DNA from: Antedon mediterranea
Lineage: Eukaryota; Animalia; Echinodermata
Assembly (NCBI RefSeq): GCF_964355755.1
Contig: NC_092671.1
Coordinates: 9,114,001 to 9,178,000 of the forward strand
Direction of reading: 5' to 3'
DNA: 64,000 nucleotides
This document shows positions 1-12,468 of the stretch, in pieces. The translations under genes were made by a program, and so were the position numbers. The stretch's first letter is position 1, and every line of letters starts with the position of its first letter. The notes under the pieces are model-generated. The model was given only the letters and a program-made list of their open reading frames with translations, made no database searches and was not told where the DNA came from.

Positions 1-1105
1 GTGGCGGATATCGAATGCAAAAATCATCATCATGCATCAAATTCCTTTATTGCATAAACCTCATTGAGCTGGTATCCACTTGCAGGTATAGAACGAGTTT
101 CGTAATTAACTGTGATTAAAAAATACGCAATAGGCGCGTCTACTTGTTTAACTATTAAATTATTATTTATTTTCGAAACCTTAAACAACGGCATGCTAAA
201 AGAACACATTACAATTCATTAAAACCTGTAAGATAAAATGGAAACACAAATTATTTATAAATAATGAGATAAATATTTATATTTACTGTACTTAAAAAAT
301 AACGATCGAGGTTTAAAAAAATGTCAAACAGTATTATTAGAAATTCCAATATTCAAAATTAACTAAAAACATAATGAACGTTTTCATTAAAAATGTATCT
401 AATGCGCCATATGCAAATTAGCGCGACCAAAATAAAACGCGACCGATATCAAACGTAACTAATAGGATAAAAAGCGTATCTAGCGGCGCTCCATACAAAA
501 TACCGGATGTTTATTTTATCGCGACCGATTTCAAACGCGATCGATTTCAAGCGCAACCGATTTCATCTGACACCATTTACACACGTCTATTCAGGCGATA
601 GGCACATGTATACACCCTTTTTGACAAGTAAGTAACAATACGTTATTAACAATATTGACGATTCTGGCGGCCGAAATGAACAATACATATTTTTTCTTTT
701 TTGGCGTTTTATGATTTTGGGCGTTCCATAACCGGCGGCCGAAATGACTGGCGGCCGAAATGATCAGACACCAAAGCTTCCACTAGGCGTAGGCCAACTA
801 GACTAGCGGTTCGAAAGGGCATAGGCCTAGTTAGTAGCCTTGTGCCTGTTCGTGCTGATGGATGCTGATAGTAATACTAATTTACAACTGTGCCAATAGA
901 AAAACTTTTTGAGTATGTGTGCAGATAGCTTTGTCTGGTGGAATATAGGACTAGTTAGTCTGTCTAGGGTTAATTATTAATATTATAAATAAAAGTGATT
1001 GAATTTCTTTTTGCTCTCAAAAAGTTTTTTTAGATCACATCATACTTCATAGCCTAGAGGCCCTACATTGAACTTTATAAACTTGTACTTGTTTCTCCAT
1101 AGCAG

Positions 1106-2743
1106 GCCTTCTAGGCCTCTCTTCATATCAGTCACCAATGATATGGACATTTATAAGAACAATGAAATCTGTAAATACAAGAAAGAAAAAACCTATGCAC
1201 ATAATGAGAGCAAAGCTCATGAAAGTAACAGAGTGGAGAGAGAAGCCAGATTATCGTCCTGCTGGACTTTTATGTGATCGTATTGCAGCAAAAAAAATTG
1301 TGGAAGTTGAACCAGAAGTAAGTACACTGATAACCAACAATCTAGGTCAGAGTTCTCTCAACTTTGTATTTAAATAAATTTCAGTATGTCCGTAGTAAAT
1401 AGTAAATTTCAGTAGTCATTTTTACTCATCATGTCAATCAGTCATTCTGTTTTTGAGACTGCGCATAATGATTTTCTGACTTGACAGTGCATTATATTTG
1501 CTTGGTGCATCATGAAAATGCTTTGTTTTACTCGTGCAATAATTCAATAGTTTGTATGTACTGTATTACGATAGCATTTATCTTCATTTCCGTACATCCA
1601 TAATATGACCAAATTTTCTGTAGTAACTACTATAAATGTTCCATAGTTGTAGTATATTTGTTTGTATATAATAATTTTGTTTTTCTTCAAGGAAAACCTT
1701 GCCCTAGAGTTTGAAGCAAGAGAGTTTTACAAGCTCCTGTCCTCCTCAAAGATGGTAGCAGTGTTTCACAATAATGGCATTAATATGCAAACAAAAACAA
1801 ACTTACAGAAGAAATTGATGAAAGCGAACATTCAAGTGCATATCATTGCTAATGATGCTGCGAAATTGGGAACAGATGGCACAGAATTTGCCAACATGCA
1901 GCGTCTATTTATTGGAAGTAATCTATATGCTGTGTCCGATAAACCCAATGTAAAAGAATTGTTGAAAGCTACCAGAAAAGTACCAAGTATTCTACTAATT
2001 GGTAATTATAATGTCTTTCTGTACTCCTTTCTCACATGCTTAAACTGTTATGCACTTAATTTGACAAAGAACATTCCATCGCTTTCCTTGGTCAAATAAA
2101 AACTGCATTTTTGTGCCTGCTACAGTACATCCTTAAGTTGTTTTCTAGTTTTTGATGGTTTGTGGTTCCAGCCAAAAATTGATAACACATCAATTTACCT
2201 GACCTACTTGTTCTCACTTCGAATTTGTTCTTGCTAATCGAAAGCGTAAAGCCTTGACTACACTATCAAACTTTATGTGACAAAAAAATGTAATGTGCTC
2301 ATACAGTATATTGACATGATGATGTCATATCATCACCCTTTTTTTTAAACGAGTTCGATAGTGTAGACAGAGCTTAAGATTATATGCATGTGTAGAGAGA
2401 TTTGGAAGATGGAAGCATGAATACACTTTATGCATATAAGCTGTCGCTTTTCGCGCGTTGGAAAATAGGCTTCATGCTCTTTTACTAATGTAGACGCAGT
2501 TTGCAATATTTAAATGTGTCTATTGACGGGTTTTTTTTGTATTTAGGTGGCTTATTAGAAAATCAGTTGATGTCATTTGCAGACTTGGAGCAATTTGGAA
2601 GTCTTCCTTCTCTAGACATTATGCAATCTCAAATTGTGTCTACTCTTTCATCAAGTATATCAACAACTAGCAGATATCTGCAGACCAATCAACAGATGCT
2701 TGCAGCCAATTTGTCTCAGTTAGAATCACAAAAACAACAATGA
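1106..2743 (+). CDS. MRPL10: Mitochondrial ribosomal protein uL10m (5' exon not identified); exons 1106(or 1103)-1317, 1692-2001, 2547-2743
   Basis: The spliced peptide ...KPMHIMRAKLMKVTEW...ANIQVHIIANDAAK...LLIG/GLLENQLMS...LPSLDIMQSQIV resembles MRPL10. GT-AG junctions are phase-consistent, with a NAGNAG acceptor at 1101-1105. Confidence 0.88.
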
Positions 2744-2897
2744 GTTTTATTTTAGTGAACTGAAGATCTGATAACTTAAACTTTGCTCACACTTTAATTG
2801 TTTGTTCTGCTATGTTCCAATTTGGAGAGGTGGTTGTTGATGTGTATGAGACATCCTCAGCCTAAGCACTGAATTATGTTGCTCTAGCATCATCCCC

Positions 2898-2963
2898 AAT
2901 GATGAACCACACCAAACCATAATGATGATCCACACCAAACCATAATGATGATCCACACCTAAC
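2898..2963. repeat. Short tandem repeat, ~23-bp unit x~2.7, downstream of MRPL10
   Basis: aatgatgatccacaccaaaccat is repeated. Confidence 0.7.
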
Positions 2964-4019
2964 TCAAAGAACCAGGTCCAACGAATTACCCAAATTAACC
3001 ACATTTTATGACGAGTCATGCTTACTGCGATCACCGTGTTCAGGAGATCGTACCTCCGACCCTAGGAAAACGGTGAGTAAAACCATGGGTTCATTCTGGT
3101 TTGGTGTGGCTCGATGAAGGTGATTCGTCAGACTAGTACGAATATTTAAATAAAAACAGTTCTTTAAACATTCATGTTGTGACATTTCCAAGCATTATGT
3201 GCCTATAATTGTATCATAGTACATAATTATTCCTGTATTTTATTCAAAAAAATCAAATAGTATAATGAACCAGTAAATGTACTTTACATTTAAAGACGGG
3301 TTTATTGCAGAAATAATATTGTATTGTACAATATAGTACAATGTTATTGTTACAAATAAAAACGGAAAAAAAAACTTCATATGACTATCTTTTCTATTCG
3401 TATACTGTACTTGTGTTTACACATTGATTTTAATTGTTACATGATTTGAGGCACTAAACCATTTAGGGTATGAAGGCTTTTAATTATAGAGTAAATATGA
3501 ATGCTTTTGCTGAATTAGTCCTGTTAACCATGATCCATCTAAATGAAGACAAATGTTAAGCATTCTGATTTCTACAACTGTATGCCAAGAGCCTATGGTC
3601 AATCACAAGAAACTGCACTTATTAAACTTGCTCAGATAGGAATAACATTGCTTTAGTTTTACTTGCACAAATAACATCTTATCTGCAATATTTTCCTGAA
3701 ACACAAGCGAGCCACCATTTACAAGTATGATTTAAAGGATAATAAAGGAATTATATAATATTTGAAAATACAATATTACAGTGCTATGTAAACACTGCAA
3801 TGTTCAAAATGGTTGTAATATTATCACATTAACTGAAATGTTCTGTATGTACATTTTTTTCTAGCATGTTTAAACTTTTTTTCTTAATTATTTTTTTGTA
3901 GAGCGCCAGTGGATGTAATGTACTACAGTACTCTGTGCTATATAAATGTAGTAACAATAATTATGAATTTGAACACTAATTATGAAAAAGCACCAACCAA
4001 ATTTTACAACGTTCATTAA

Positions 4020-4338
4020 AGATGTATTGTCCGCCTCAAAAAATAATGTTTTTGTCCAATATGCCATTTCAATGTTACATAATAGTTGTTCACTTTGAAC
4101 AAAAATTAGACCAGAAAATAAATTATTTAACTGAAAATACTGTAATTTAAGAGAAATTGGCTCCCAGCTAATGTTTTTGGTTGAAATTAACCATTTATTA
4201 TGTCATTTATTAAGTAATAACATTTTTTTTTTCCTACAGAAGTAATTAACTTTGTTAATATAAAACTACAAAATGGCCTATTCGAAGTCCAATTTTATTA
4301 ATCTTCATTTTTCATGTTTTTTGGGGGACAATACATCT
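4020..4338. mobile_element. TTAA-flanked MITE (Kolobok-like); related copies at 30271-30603 and ~31341-31663
   Basis: ttaa|AGATGTATTGTCC...GGACAATACATCT|ttaa gives TIRs with a TTAA TSD and AG..CT termini. Three homologous copies occur in the window. Confidence 0.75.
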
Positions 4339-4452
4339 TTAACAGTTATATATATATGTTATTCTAGTTACATTATTTGTATTAGCTTATGTAATAATTT
4401 TGACAAATAATTCTGTACATAATTGAAAATATTGAAACGAAAGCGAGTTGAT

Positions 4453-7400
4453 TTATAATTTTGGAAAGTATAGGTTCTTTCTTAGTGTATACTGGGGAGC
4501 TGGAACCTGCTTGTAACAGCCGTTAGACTCCCTAGCAATAGCTTTGCTTACTTCACTATTCACTTGTGTCAGGATATCTAGTATGTGATTGGTATGGTGG
4601 TATTTTTTCAAATTTTGTGTCAGCGTTGTAATGTACCACGATCCAAAAGTCTTGCTCCTGTATGACACGTTGCCAGGTGCTGTGGCATATCCGAGCAGGA
4701 AATCGGCATCATCCGGGATATTCTCTGTAGCAGTTGGTGGAGCATCATCTGTTTCCATATTATGTACAAACTGCTCAGCTCGTCTAGTGCCTTGGCAGGC
4801 TTGTAGAAAGAATAACTTTGGTTTGTTTGCAAGTGTCTTGCAATGTCCTGTACGAAATGCGCTGGTCATTTCTATTATTTTACAAGTTTCTCCGTCACTG
4901 CCAAAAACATTTCCAAGGTCACCGTGGGACAAAATACAACACACAAAACAATCATACTTGGAATGATCCATTTTACGAATGTCAATTATTTTATTCATCA
5001 TCTGGGCTGCAGTTAAATTGCGCATCACATCAACATAAAATCCTAGGTATCCGAAAACATGTTTAAGATTATCTGTGAAGGAATTAATTTAATTAAGTGT
5101 TAGTACTACCCTTATATTGAACATTAATATTAAAAAAACAGGAATATTTTAATGTTTATTATAACATATGCCTGAGCGTATCAGGGGCAGATCCAGGGGG
5201 GTGGGGGGCTAAATATTATATCCGTCGGGTTGCAGAAAAATTTTTCCTACATTCTTTAGATCTAATTTAAGGTCACAAACTACATTTAATGTAAAAATAA
5301 ATACTATATGGTCCTATTGAGATAACCTTTTTTCGTCTTTAAATGGTTAAAAATGTGAGAAATAAGGCGATTCTAATAATTTTAGCGGCTCGCTATAAAT
5401 CTCAAAATGCATTGCGCACGGATTTATATTTTTGTTTTGATCGATCAAAGGTCAAAACAAATAGAAGACTCCTAACTTTTCAGCAAAAATACTGGGTTTC
5501 CCCCAAGTTGTATCAACGGAGGCAAAAACAGAAAGATAATTAATACAGAAACTATACAATGTTAGGCTAGACCTATATCTAGCGTAAAATATTCGTACGT
5601 CATCAATGTTTACCAACTAGGCCTACAAAACTCAGCCTAGCTAGGCTAGGCCTAAAGACGACCAACGAGAGGACATTCACTGCGAGCTACTTAGGTAGTG
5701 CATTGTTTCTCTTTTTTTATCAGCATTTACCATAAAACATACATTTAAGACAAGGAATGACCTGGTTTAATGTTTTTAAAGAAATATGTATGCATTATTT
5801 TTACAAAACATAACAATTATAGGGAATGGGTTATTAAATTTTAGGGGTGGCTAAAGCCTGTTTAGCCCCTGCCTAAGTCTGCGCCTGCGTATTCTTGCCA
5901 TTTGAATAGTTAATTATTGTGTGACGTTGGTATTATTCCATGGCAAAGTGAAGTGAACACCATTGCTATATGTGTTGATTTTTTATTCTTTTGTGTGTTT
6001 ATTGCGTCTTTTACTATTTCTGTAAATAGAAATCAATCTATTAATTTATATATATATATGTAGTTTATAATAAAGAATATATAAATTAACTGTTGTTAGC
6101 TATGACATGAATATTACATTTAAAGACTCCCTAAATTGAAAGTAAATACCTTCATCAATCTCTGAACCTCTTCTTTCTTTTAGGATTTTAGTAAACTGCA
6201 TATTGTTTATAATAAGGCATATTCCACGTGTAGCGTGAGTCATATTGTATTTCTCAATCTGCAATCCTGTTATAGTAAAAATAATAAATTAAATTACTCA
6301 AAACTTTATGTGATTTATATATTGGTTAAGTACAACCATTTATCTATAGTTAACAGTCTAGACTTGCCCTGAGGCTCTAATTGGTCTTTTTTTATGTTGG
6401 TAGTATTCCATTGGTGTTATTACAGCTCAAGTATTATACATATGAAATGCCAAATTTGCGAAAATCTTTTTACCAATGTCAAATATATAGAACCTACACT
6501 ATTTACAGGGCACTAAGCAAGGCTCCTACCAAAAAGCTATGTTTCAAATTCTTGAACTGTAGTATAATTCATGTCAAACACATGAAATACACATGAAGAT
6601 GAGCCCATTGAATGAAGCTTTTAGAAACATTGTATAATGTGCTCTATAAGACCAAGACAAGGATGCTGAGCTCTGGAGATCTAAGGGTTTATCTGTGGCT
6701 GCAACACAACCGGTTCCACGCCATTTAATAGCCACTGCGTGCCACAAAGAATATGTACACAGTACAGTACTTTTGGTATTTGTCGCAACTATGAGCCATA
6801 AGATAAAATGAATGTTACGAGTTTGTATCTTGACGGGGCGAGCTCAGTGTTCTGTTGTTCGCCTTGATAAATAAAGCGATGTCTATGTCTATGATAAGAC
6901 TACCATTATTATTATTAGTATTATTAGGGACGAAACACGACGGTTAGGTGAGGATGACGAATATCCTGTGTTCGCTAGAGCGTAAAATCATGTACAGTCA
7001 ACATAGCCGTTTTATTAGTTACGCACCCTTGCACGAAGACGATGACGACCGGCAGGATCTCTCCCCCTCCTCTGTCTCGCGGCGCGGGGCTTTTCTGAAT
7101 TGCTTGGCTCTGGTGATACAGAATAGGCCTTCCTAGCTAGGGGCCTCACATTCAAATGCTGCTTTTAACAAAGCCATTTTAACCCAATAAAAATGTTATT
7201 TCATTCAGGGATGTCACCAGCTTTTTGGAGTGCCGGTCGGCAAATTTCCCGGGGGGGGTGGGTGTAACCCCGGGGTACCCCCCCCCCCGGGTTTGTCGTC
7301 ATTTCAGCGAAACATAAAGAATTATGAAAATAAATAACAACAAATTGCGTCAGGTCTAGGCCTAACCTTGTACCACAGGGGAGTCGCCGTTATTATTCGC

Positions 7401-10400
7401 GAAAACAAAAAACGCTCACGAAATGAATAGCAATAGATCGCGTCAGGCTTAGGCCTAGCCTTGTAGACACTACGACCACTAGGCCTAGCCAAGGCTTAGA
7501 TAGATGCCCCAAAACCCAAAATCCGAATTCCACAAAAACGGGCGCTTCTTTATTTAGGCCTAATCCCTAATCAAATAATGTAGATAAATTATTAGCCTAG
7601 ACCTTACTACTTGTTGCTCGATATAACGGTTCGTGTTCTTTTGCGCGAGAGTTTTTTAGCGTATTCGCGAATTCCGGATTTTTTGTTTCACAACTGTGCG
7701 GCTAGCATGTATGTAGTGCATGGCCGGCAAGAACAGAGACACGTGTTTATGGGTTAACTGAAGTTCAGCAACCTGAAGTTATCCCAGGGACGTGTAATTG
7801 TACCATGCTCGGCGATCATAAACGAACGAACTTGCCCGGTCTCACTGAACCATGCGCATGTTTTTTATTTTTTTTAATAGTTCGTAGAGTACAAAAATGT
7901 AAAACTAGTAACATAATATAATTAAAGCAGGGTGACAAAACATTCAGCAATTAAAAATGATTTTGTTTGGGTCTATGTAGTTGTACATTTTTAATTACTG
8001 CGTACTTGTTTGTATTTTTAATCTGTGCAAAATAAAACGCTTGAATGGTCGCTATGTGAACTTTAAACTTGTACACTGTGCTGTGTAGCACGTTGTTCGC
8101 CATGACTCACAAGCTGTAACAATGAATACCACCAGGGCAGGGTAGGCCTGGTATTGTGTTACAAATAAAGTAACGTACGTAACCACGGAAACATTTGCTG
8201 TAGTCTTTTGTCTTATCTATTATGAGGCTAGCTTGTCTGTTATTAACGATGTGCTAGGTAAAATGTTTTAGTACGAATTTTAGTTAGGCCTAGGCCTAAT
8301 ATAAATATCGCCGTGGTTAGGATTCCGGCACCGGAACTCAACTGCCCACCGTTAGGGAATCCGACACGCTATTGCGCATGCTCATAGCTCTGGGAAGTGA
8401 ATTATAGCTTGCACTTATAGAGTGCCACACACACCACACCACCGAGAGTCGGAGTGTTATAGGGATTTACTGTAGCCTAGATAGTCGTTGCGCGAGCGAG
8501 AGAGCGATGGATGAAACTTGGCCTATGCCATACATGAATTAATAATTAAAATACGACTACGCCACGCGTTAAAATAATTATAATGATATTAATAAGTATC
8601 AGTATCTATCTAAGAATCGTAATGCTGTTTTTAGCGTTGCGACCCTGACTTTCCAAACAGTTTTCACATCCACGCGGGTGGCTGCCGTCAACAAATCAAC
8701 TTGTGATTGCATGTTGTTATGTACAGTATAATGCGTTATGAAAAATCATAAAACTAGTCATGTAATTATATAATTCATAATGATATGAAGTTTATATATG
8801 AATGAAGCAACCACTATTTAATTTAAAAATAAATAGGCCCACTGGTCACGTCTAACTGGTAACCCTAGCCTAGATTAGTGGATACCGTATTAGTAGGCAT
8901 CTAGACTAGTTTGCCGTGTGTGGCGCAGCTATGAAATGATCCATCGCTGTTGTTGATAGGTGGTATAGAGTCGCCGATTACCTCGCTCTGGGCATGCGCA
9001 ATAGCGTGTCGGATTCCCTAACGCTGGGCAGTTGAGTTCCGGTGCCGGAATCCTAACCACGGCGTATAAATATCGTATCGTAATGATTAAATAGTGGTGG
9101 TCGGCAGCCTGTAAATCCTGGTCGGAAATGTTGAGTGCTGGTCGGGGCCGACCAGCGCCGACCAGCGTGGTGACATCCCTGATTTCATTAAACAATTAAA
9201 TTGTTCAAGTTCAAATATTATTTAGAGTTCTGAAAATTCCACCTTTAAGTGTAATTTGAACTGTATATTTAAGGTTAGATACATTATTTCTAGTCGTTCT
9301 CCGTAAACAGGAAGATGGCAACTTTATCGTTCTCAAAAAGTTAAGACAGAATTTCACGCTAAGCTCAGCCTACTTTGTTAAAGCTCATGCATAAATTATT
9401 CATGAGCACCGTCCTATGGCATTCCATTGTGTTTCATGAAGTCCCTATTATTATTGTTATTAATAATACATGGTGCAATTACCTCGAGTGTTCTGAGTAT
9501 CTAAAACTGCATCTCTTTGCACAGCTTGTTTAGTAAGACTTGGTGTTGCTTCTACCGGTTGTGAAATGGATTGAATACTGCTCATTTCTACACAGAAATG
9601 TATGACATTTTGTATAAAACAAATCAATCAATCATCATTATGATTTAATAGTGTAGCATTAATTTGACACTAACATTAGTATGAATTGTCTAAAAATAAG
9701 TAATAGGTAATAATATATTTTTTGTATAAAACATTTACCATTTTTCAGATAGTTAGATAAATCTTGTCGATCGATTTTAGGAGATCCTAATGCTTCACAC
9801 AAGGAATCCATCTGTTGTTCTGGATGTGTTCTTTCTTGCCATTTTAATAGCATTGTATAAGAATCCTCGATGCCATCCATATCAACAGCAGACAGTCCCA
9901 GTTTATAGCCCAACATTCTCCATTCATATCCTAGCGAACTGGCAAGATAACTGATGTAACTCTCTTGCTGAGAGCCTATAACACAAATTCAAAATTAAAA
10001 TGTACTGCCACTCTTAAAGCTCTGTCTAACTATCAAACTGGTTTGACAAAAAAAAGTGTTATGTGCCCAAATATGGTAGTGATATGACATCATCGTATCC
10101 ATATATGGGCACATCACATTTTTTTGTCACATAAAGTTTGATAGTGTAGAAAGAGCTTTACAGTCAGAAAATATATTATAAAGAAAAGTAGATTCTTTAG
10201 TCATAGTCATATACTTCATAGTCAGATTCTTTATACTGTATACAACCACATGTTGATCAAATGACAATGAATGACAATAAAAATAGGTTTTAGATGATTT
10301 TCGTTCTTATTTTTCAGGAACTAGACTCAAATGATTTCCCTGTAAGATCAAAGGCAGTAATATTCTAAAATACTAAAGCAACAGGAACTAGTTAAAGCAC

Positions 10401-11649
10401 CTTGGTTTTTAACTGGCGGTTCAGTCAGTTTTAAGCTGTTGAAAGTTTCTTGAACGTCTTGATATTCTTCCTCTTGTACGACTGGCTCGCTTCTAGAACT
10501 CGATTGTGAATGTTCTTTTACATTTCCACATTCAGAAGAACCTTTGAAATTTGAAAGGAAATTATGATTTAGTAAAGATTAAAATTACGAATGATGACAC
10601 AATCGTGGTAAAGATCAATCATAATTATTAGTCATTGTGCTTAAAACTGTGCTGTATGTAAGAAAATCATTACCAAACACCCTCTATTACAAAGATGTGT
10701 TCGAAATAAGTATAAGGCCTATTCAGCAACATACCTCTATATCTTGTTACTTTTGACACCAATTCGTTACTTCCTATATACACCCCAATTTCTTCAAGAA
10801 AATCTAGATTTGTTGGTGATATTATCATGAGTTTTTCCAATTCAATCATTAGTTTGATTGGCTCGTCAATTTTCTCAATTTTTCTGGCTGCCATATGATC
10901 TCTTAATAGAGGCTTTAATGAAGACAAGTCATTCTTTCCGATATCATATGCAAAATCAACTACCATACGTCTGGGTAAAAATAATATGATTTAAATTATG
11001 GATAAATGTATAATACTACAGTAATAGTGTATAGTTATTAAAATCTACTGAAATAGTAACAATAATGAAAGTTTATAGTAGTTAGAATATTTTCACCATT
11101 CAACTTTTGAGATTATTTTGAAATATTTTTTTTTTGGAAAATCTATCTATTGTACAATTATTTCCTATTATGCAATAGTATACAATAAGGGTGATAACAT
11201 TAATACACTGTCTAGAGATGTGTAGTTTACTAGTTTTTATAAACACAGTACCTGTATGCCGATATACAGTTAGTTTTTTTCCCTCTTTCTGCAAACGGTA
11301 AACACTTTTCAACTTGTACTTTAAGATCAATTCTTTCTATCAGGCTAAGCATTTCTATCATAATTCCTAAGTTGTCTTTTGATAGCCGTCCTCTCTTCTC
11401 AAGTTTATCCAAAAGATCGAGACCTCTACTGGCAGTCTCCAGTTCCCCATGACGAAGGCCGATGTTTGTATCCAGACATAAGTATTTTAGCCTACAAATG
11501 TCACTTTCTGTTAAATTTCGATCAATGTTTAACAACATTTTGCGGTAATCAAAGCGGGAAAATTCTTTTATGGTGCGAGTTTGCTCTTGAGCTCCAAATG
11601 TGGTACTAGTAGGGCTGTTAGGTATTGGTTTAGCATCTGTTTCCGCCAT
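4453..11649 (-). CDS. CASP8: Caspase-8-like initiator caspase (DED-DED-Death domain-p20/p10), ~617 aa; exons 11649-11252, 10970-10735, 10541-10401, 9975-9739, 9587-9483, 6266-6150, 5072-4453
   Basis: There are two DEDs (YRKMLLNIDRNLTESDICRLKYLC...IERIDL; RRMVVDFAYDIGKNDLSSLKPLL). The caspase domain has RGICLIINN, catalytic LSHG and QACQG, linker METD, and p10 GSWYI...KQVP. All junctions are GT-AG and the total of 1854 nt is in frame. Confidence 0.92.
5182..5887. mobile_element. Non-autonomous DNA transposon (CAGG termini) in the last caspase intron
   Basis: Imperfect TIRs caggggcagatccagg / cctaagtctgcgcctg are flanked by the direct repeat cgtat (5177-5181, 5888-5892). Confidence 0.55.
7206..9181. 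mobile_element. Non-autonomous hAT-like element in a caspase intron
   Basis: Perfect 14-bp TIR CAGGGATGTCACCA/TGGTGACATCCCTG and 8-bp TSD atttcatt (7198-7205, 9182-9189). Confidence 0.88.
8309..9064. mobile_element. MULE/Merlin-like MITE nested in the hAT-like element
   Basis: ~70-bp TIRs (cgccgtggttaggattccggcaccggaactcaactgccca...) and 9-bp TSD tataaatat (8300-8308, 9065-9073). Confidence 0.85.
10017..10158. mobile_element. Tourist/Harbinger-like MITE family (~140 bp); other copies near 2250-2375, 15653-15805, 24866-25019, 27605-27745, 36750-36865, 55052-55215
   Basis: TIR aagctctgtctacactatcaaact / agtttgatagtgtagacagagctt with TA/TWA flanks and a shared core gtgatgtgcccaaatatggtagtgatatg. 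Confidence 0.8.
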
Positions 11650-12047
11650 GATAAATATATCTGCCAAAAAAAGATGGTTGATTTAAATTAATGATATTCA
11701 ACAAGTTTTTTACTTCGTTCTCAATTTTTTAATCTTCGTTCAGTGGGTCCCTAAAGTTTATTAGTGGTCATCATGATTGTCCTGTCCAGTCAATTGACAA
11801 AGAATTTTGTCAATAACCCTTTGCAGCACGATTTACCATACACTAGACAGTCTAGTAGTAGTAGTAGGTTAATTCGGAAATTAATATTTAGACTATACTC
11901 TGCAGACTAATGGCCTAAATTCAACCAGGCCTAGCCTATAATGTGTTTGATATAATACGGTATTTATTAAGTTAATAATTAACCGTAATGTGGTAGGCTA
12001 GGCGCCTAGCCTAGGCCTATAGTAGGCCCAATTTTAAAAGAACTTAC

Positions 12048-12200
12048 CTTTATAATATTATTCTTGCTGAACCATGAATCGAACCTTCAAAGCCTTTTGT
12101 CTTCGTTGTGTATGTGTAAGCCCAGGCCTAGCCACTTTCGCCTAGCTAGGCTTAAATTAAATGAGCCAATTAATCTAATTTAACTCTTACCTATGTAGTC
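12048..12200 (-). other. Putative non-coding 5' exon(s) of the caspase gene (donors at ~12047 and ~12190) splicing to the acceptor at 11661
   Basis: Minus-strand donors AAG|gtaagtt and TAG|gtaagag. The acceptor tttttggcag lies 11 nt before the ATG at 11649. Confidence 0.5.
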
Positions 12201-12457
12201 TTCGATGCCGGAAGACAAGGCAAATGTCAATATTGACCGTGCGTGACGTTAGTTCCTGCTGCCTAAAAACTAGGTTTAGGCCATACACAGTAATTAATAA
12301 TAGAGTAAACCTATGAAACTAAAACACTAGAGAACTTCAACTTCAGAACTGTTTATTTTTACCGTTACTACTAAGGTCTATCTAATACTGTAGCATTCCA
12401 AGCATTTTTGAAAATTCCAATCATCTATTTTTTATTCACTCCGTCATAAGCAATAAA

Positions 12458-12468
12458 GGGAATTTCCC
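12458..12468. promoter_or_regulatory. Candidate NF-kB (Rel) site upstream of the caspase-8 gene
   Basis: GGGAATTTCCC matches the GGGRNNYYCC consensus and lies ~250 bp from the putative first exon. Confidence 0.45.

Noticed and set aside
1-775. Possible first coding exon of MRPL10
   Set aside because: No convincing ATG-plus-donor exon was found. The region consists of transposon-like subterminal repeats (cgcgaccga, ggcggccgaaatga), so the exon probably lies upstream of the window.
4589-4966. Plus-strand ORF antisense to the caspase (also 39633-40055 opposite the GPCR and 41043-41384, 50379-50678 opposite SLC17 exons)
   Set aside because: These are shadow ORFs of real coding exons.
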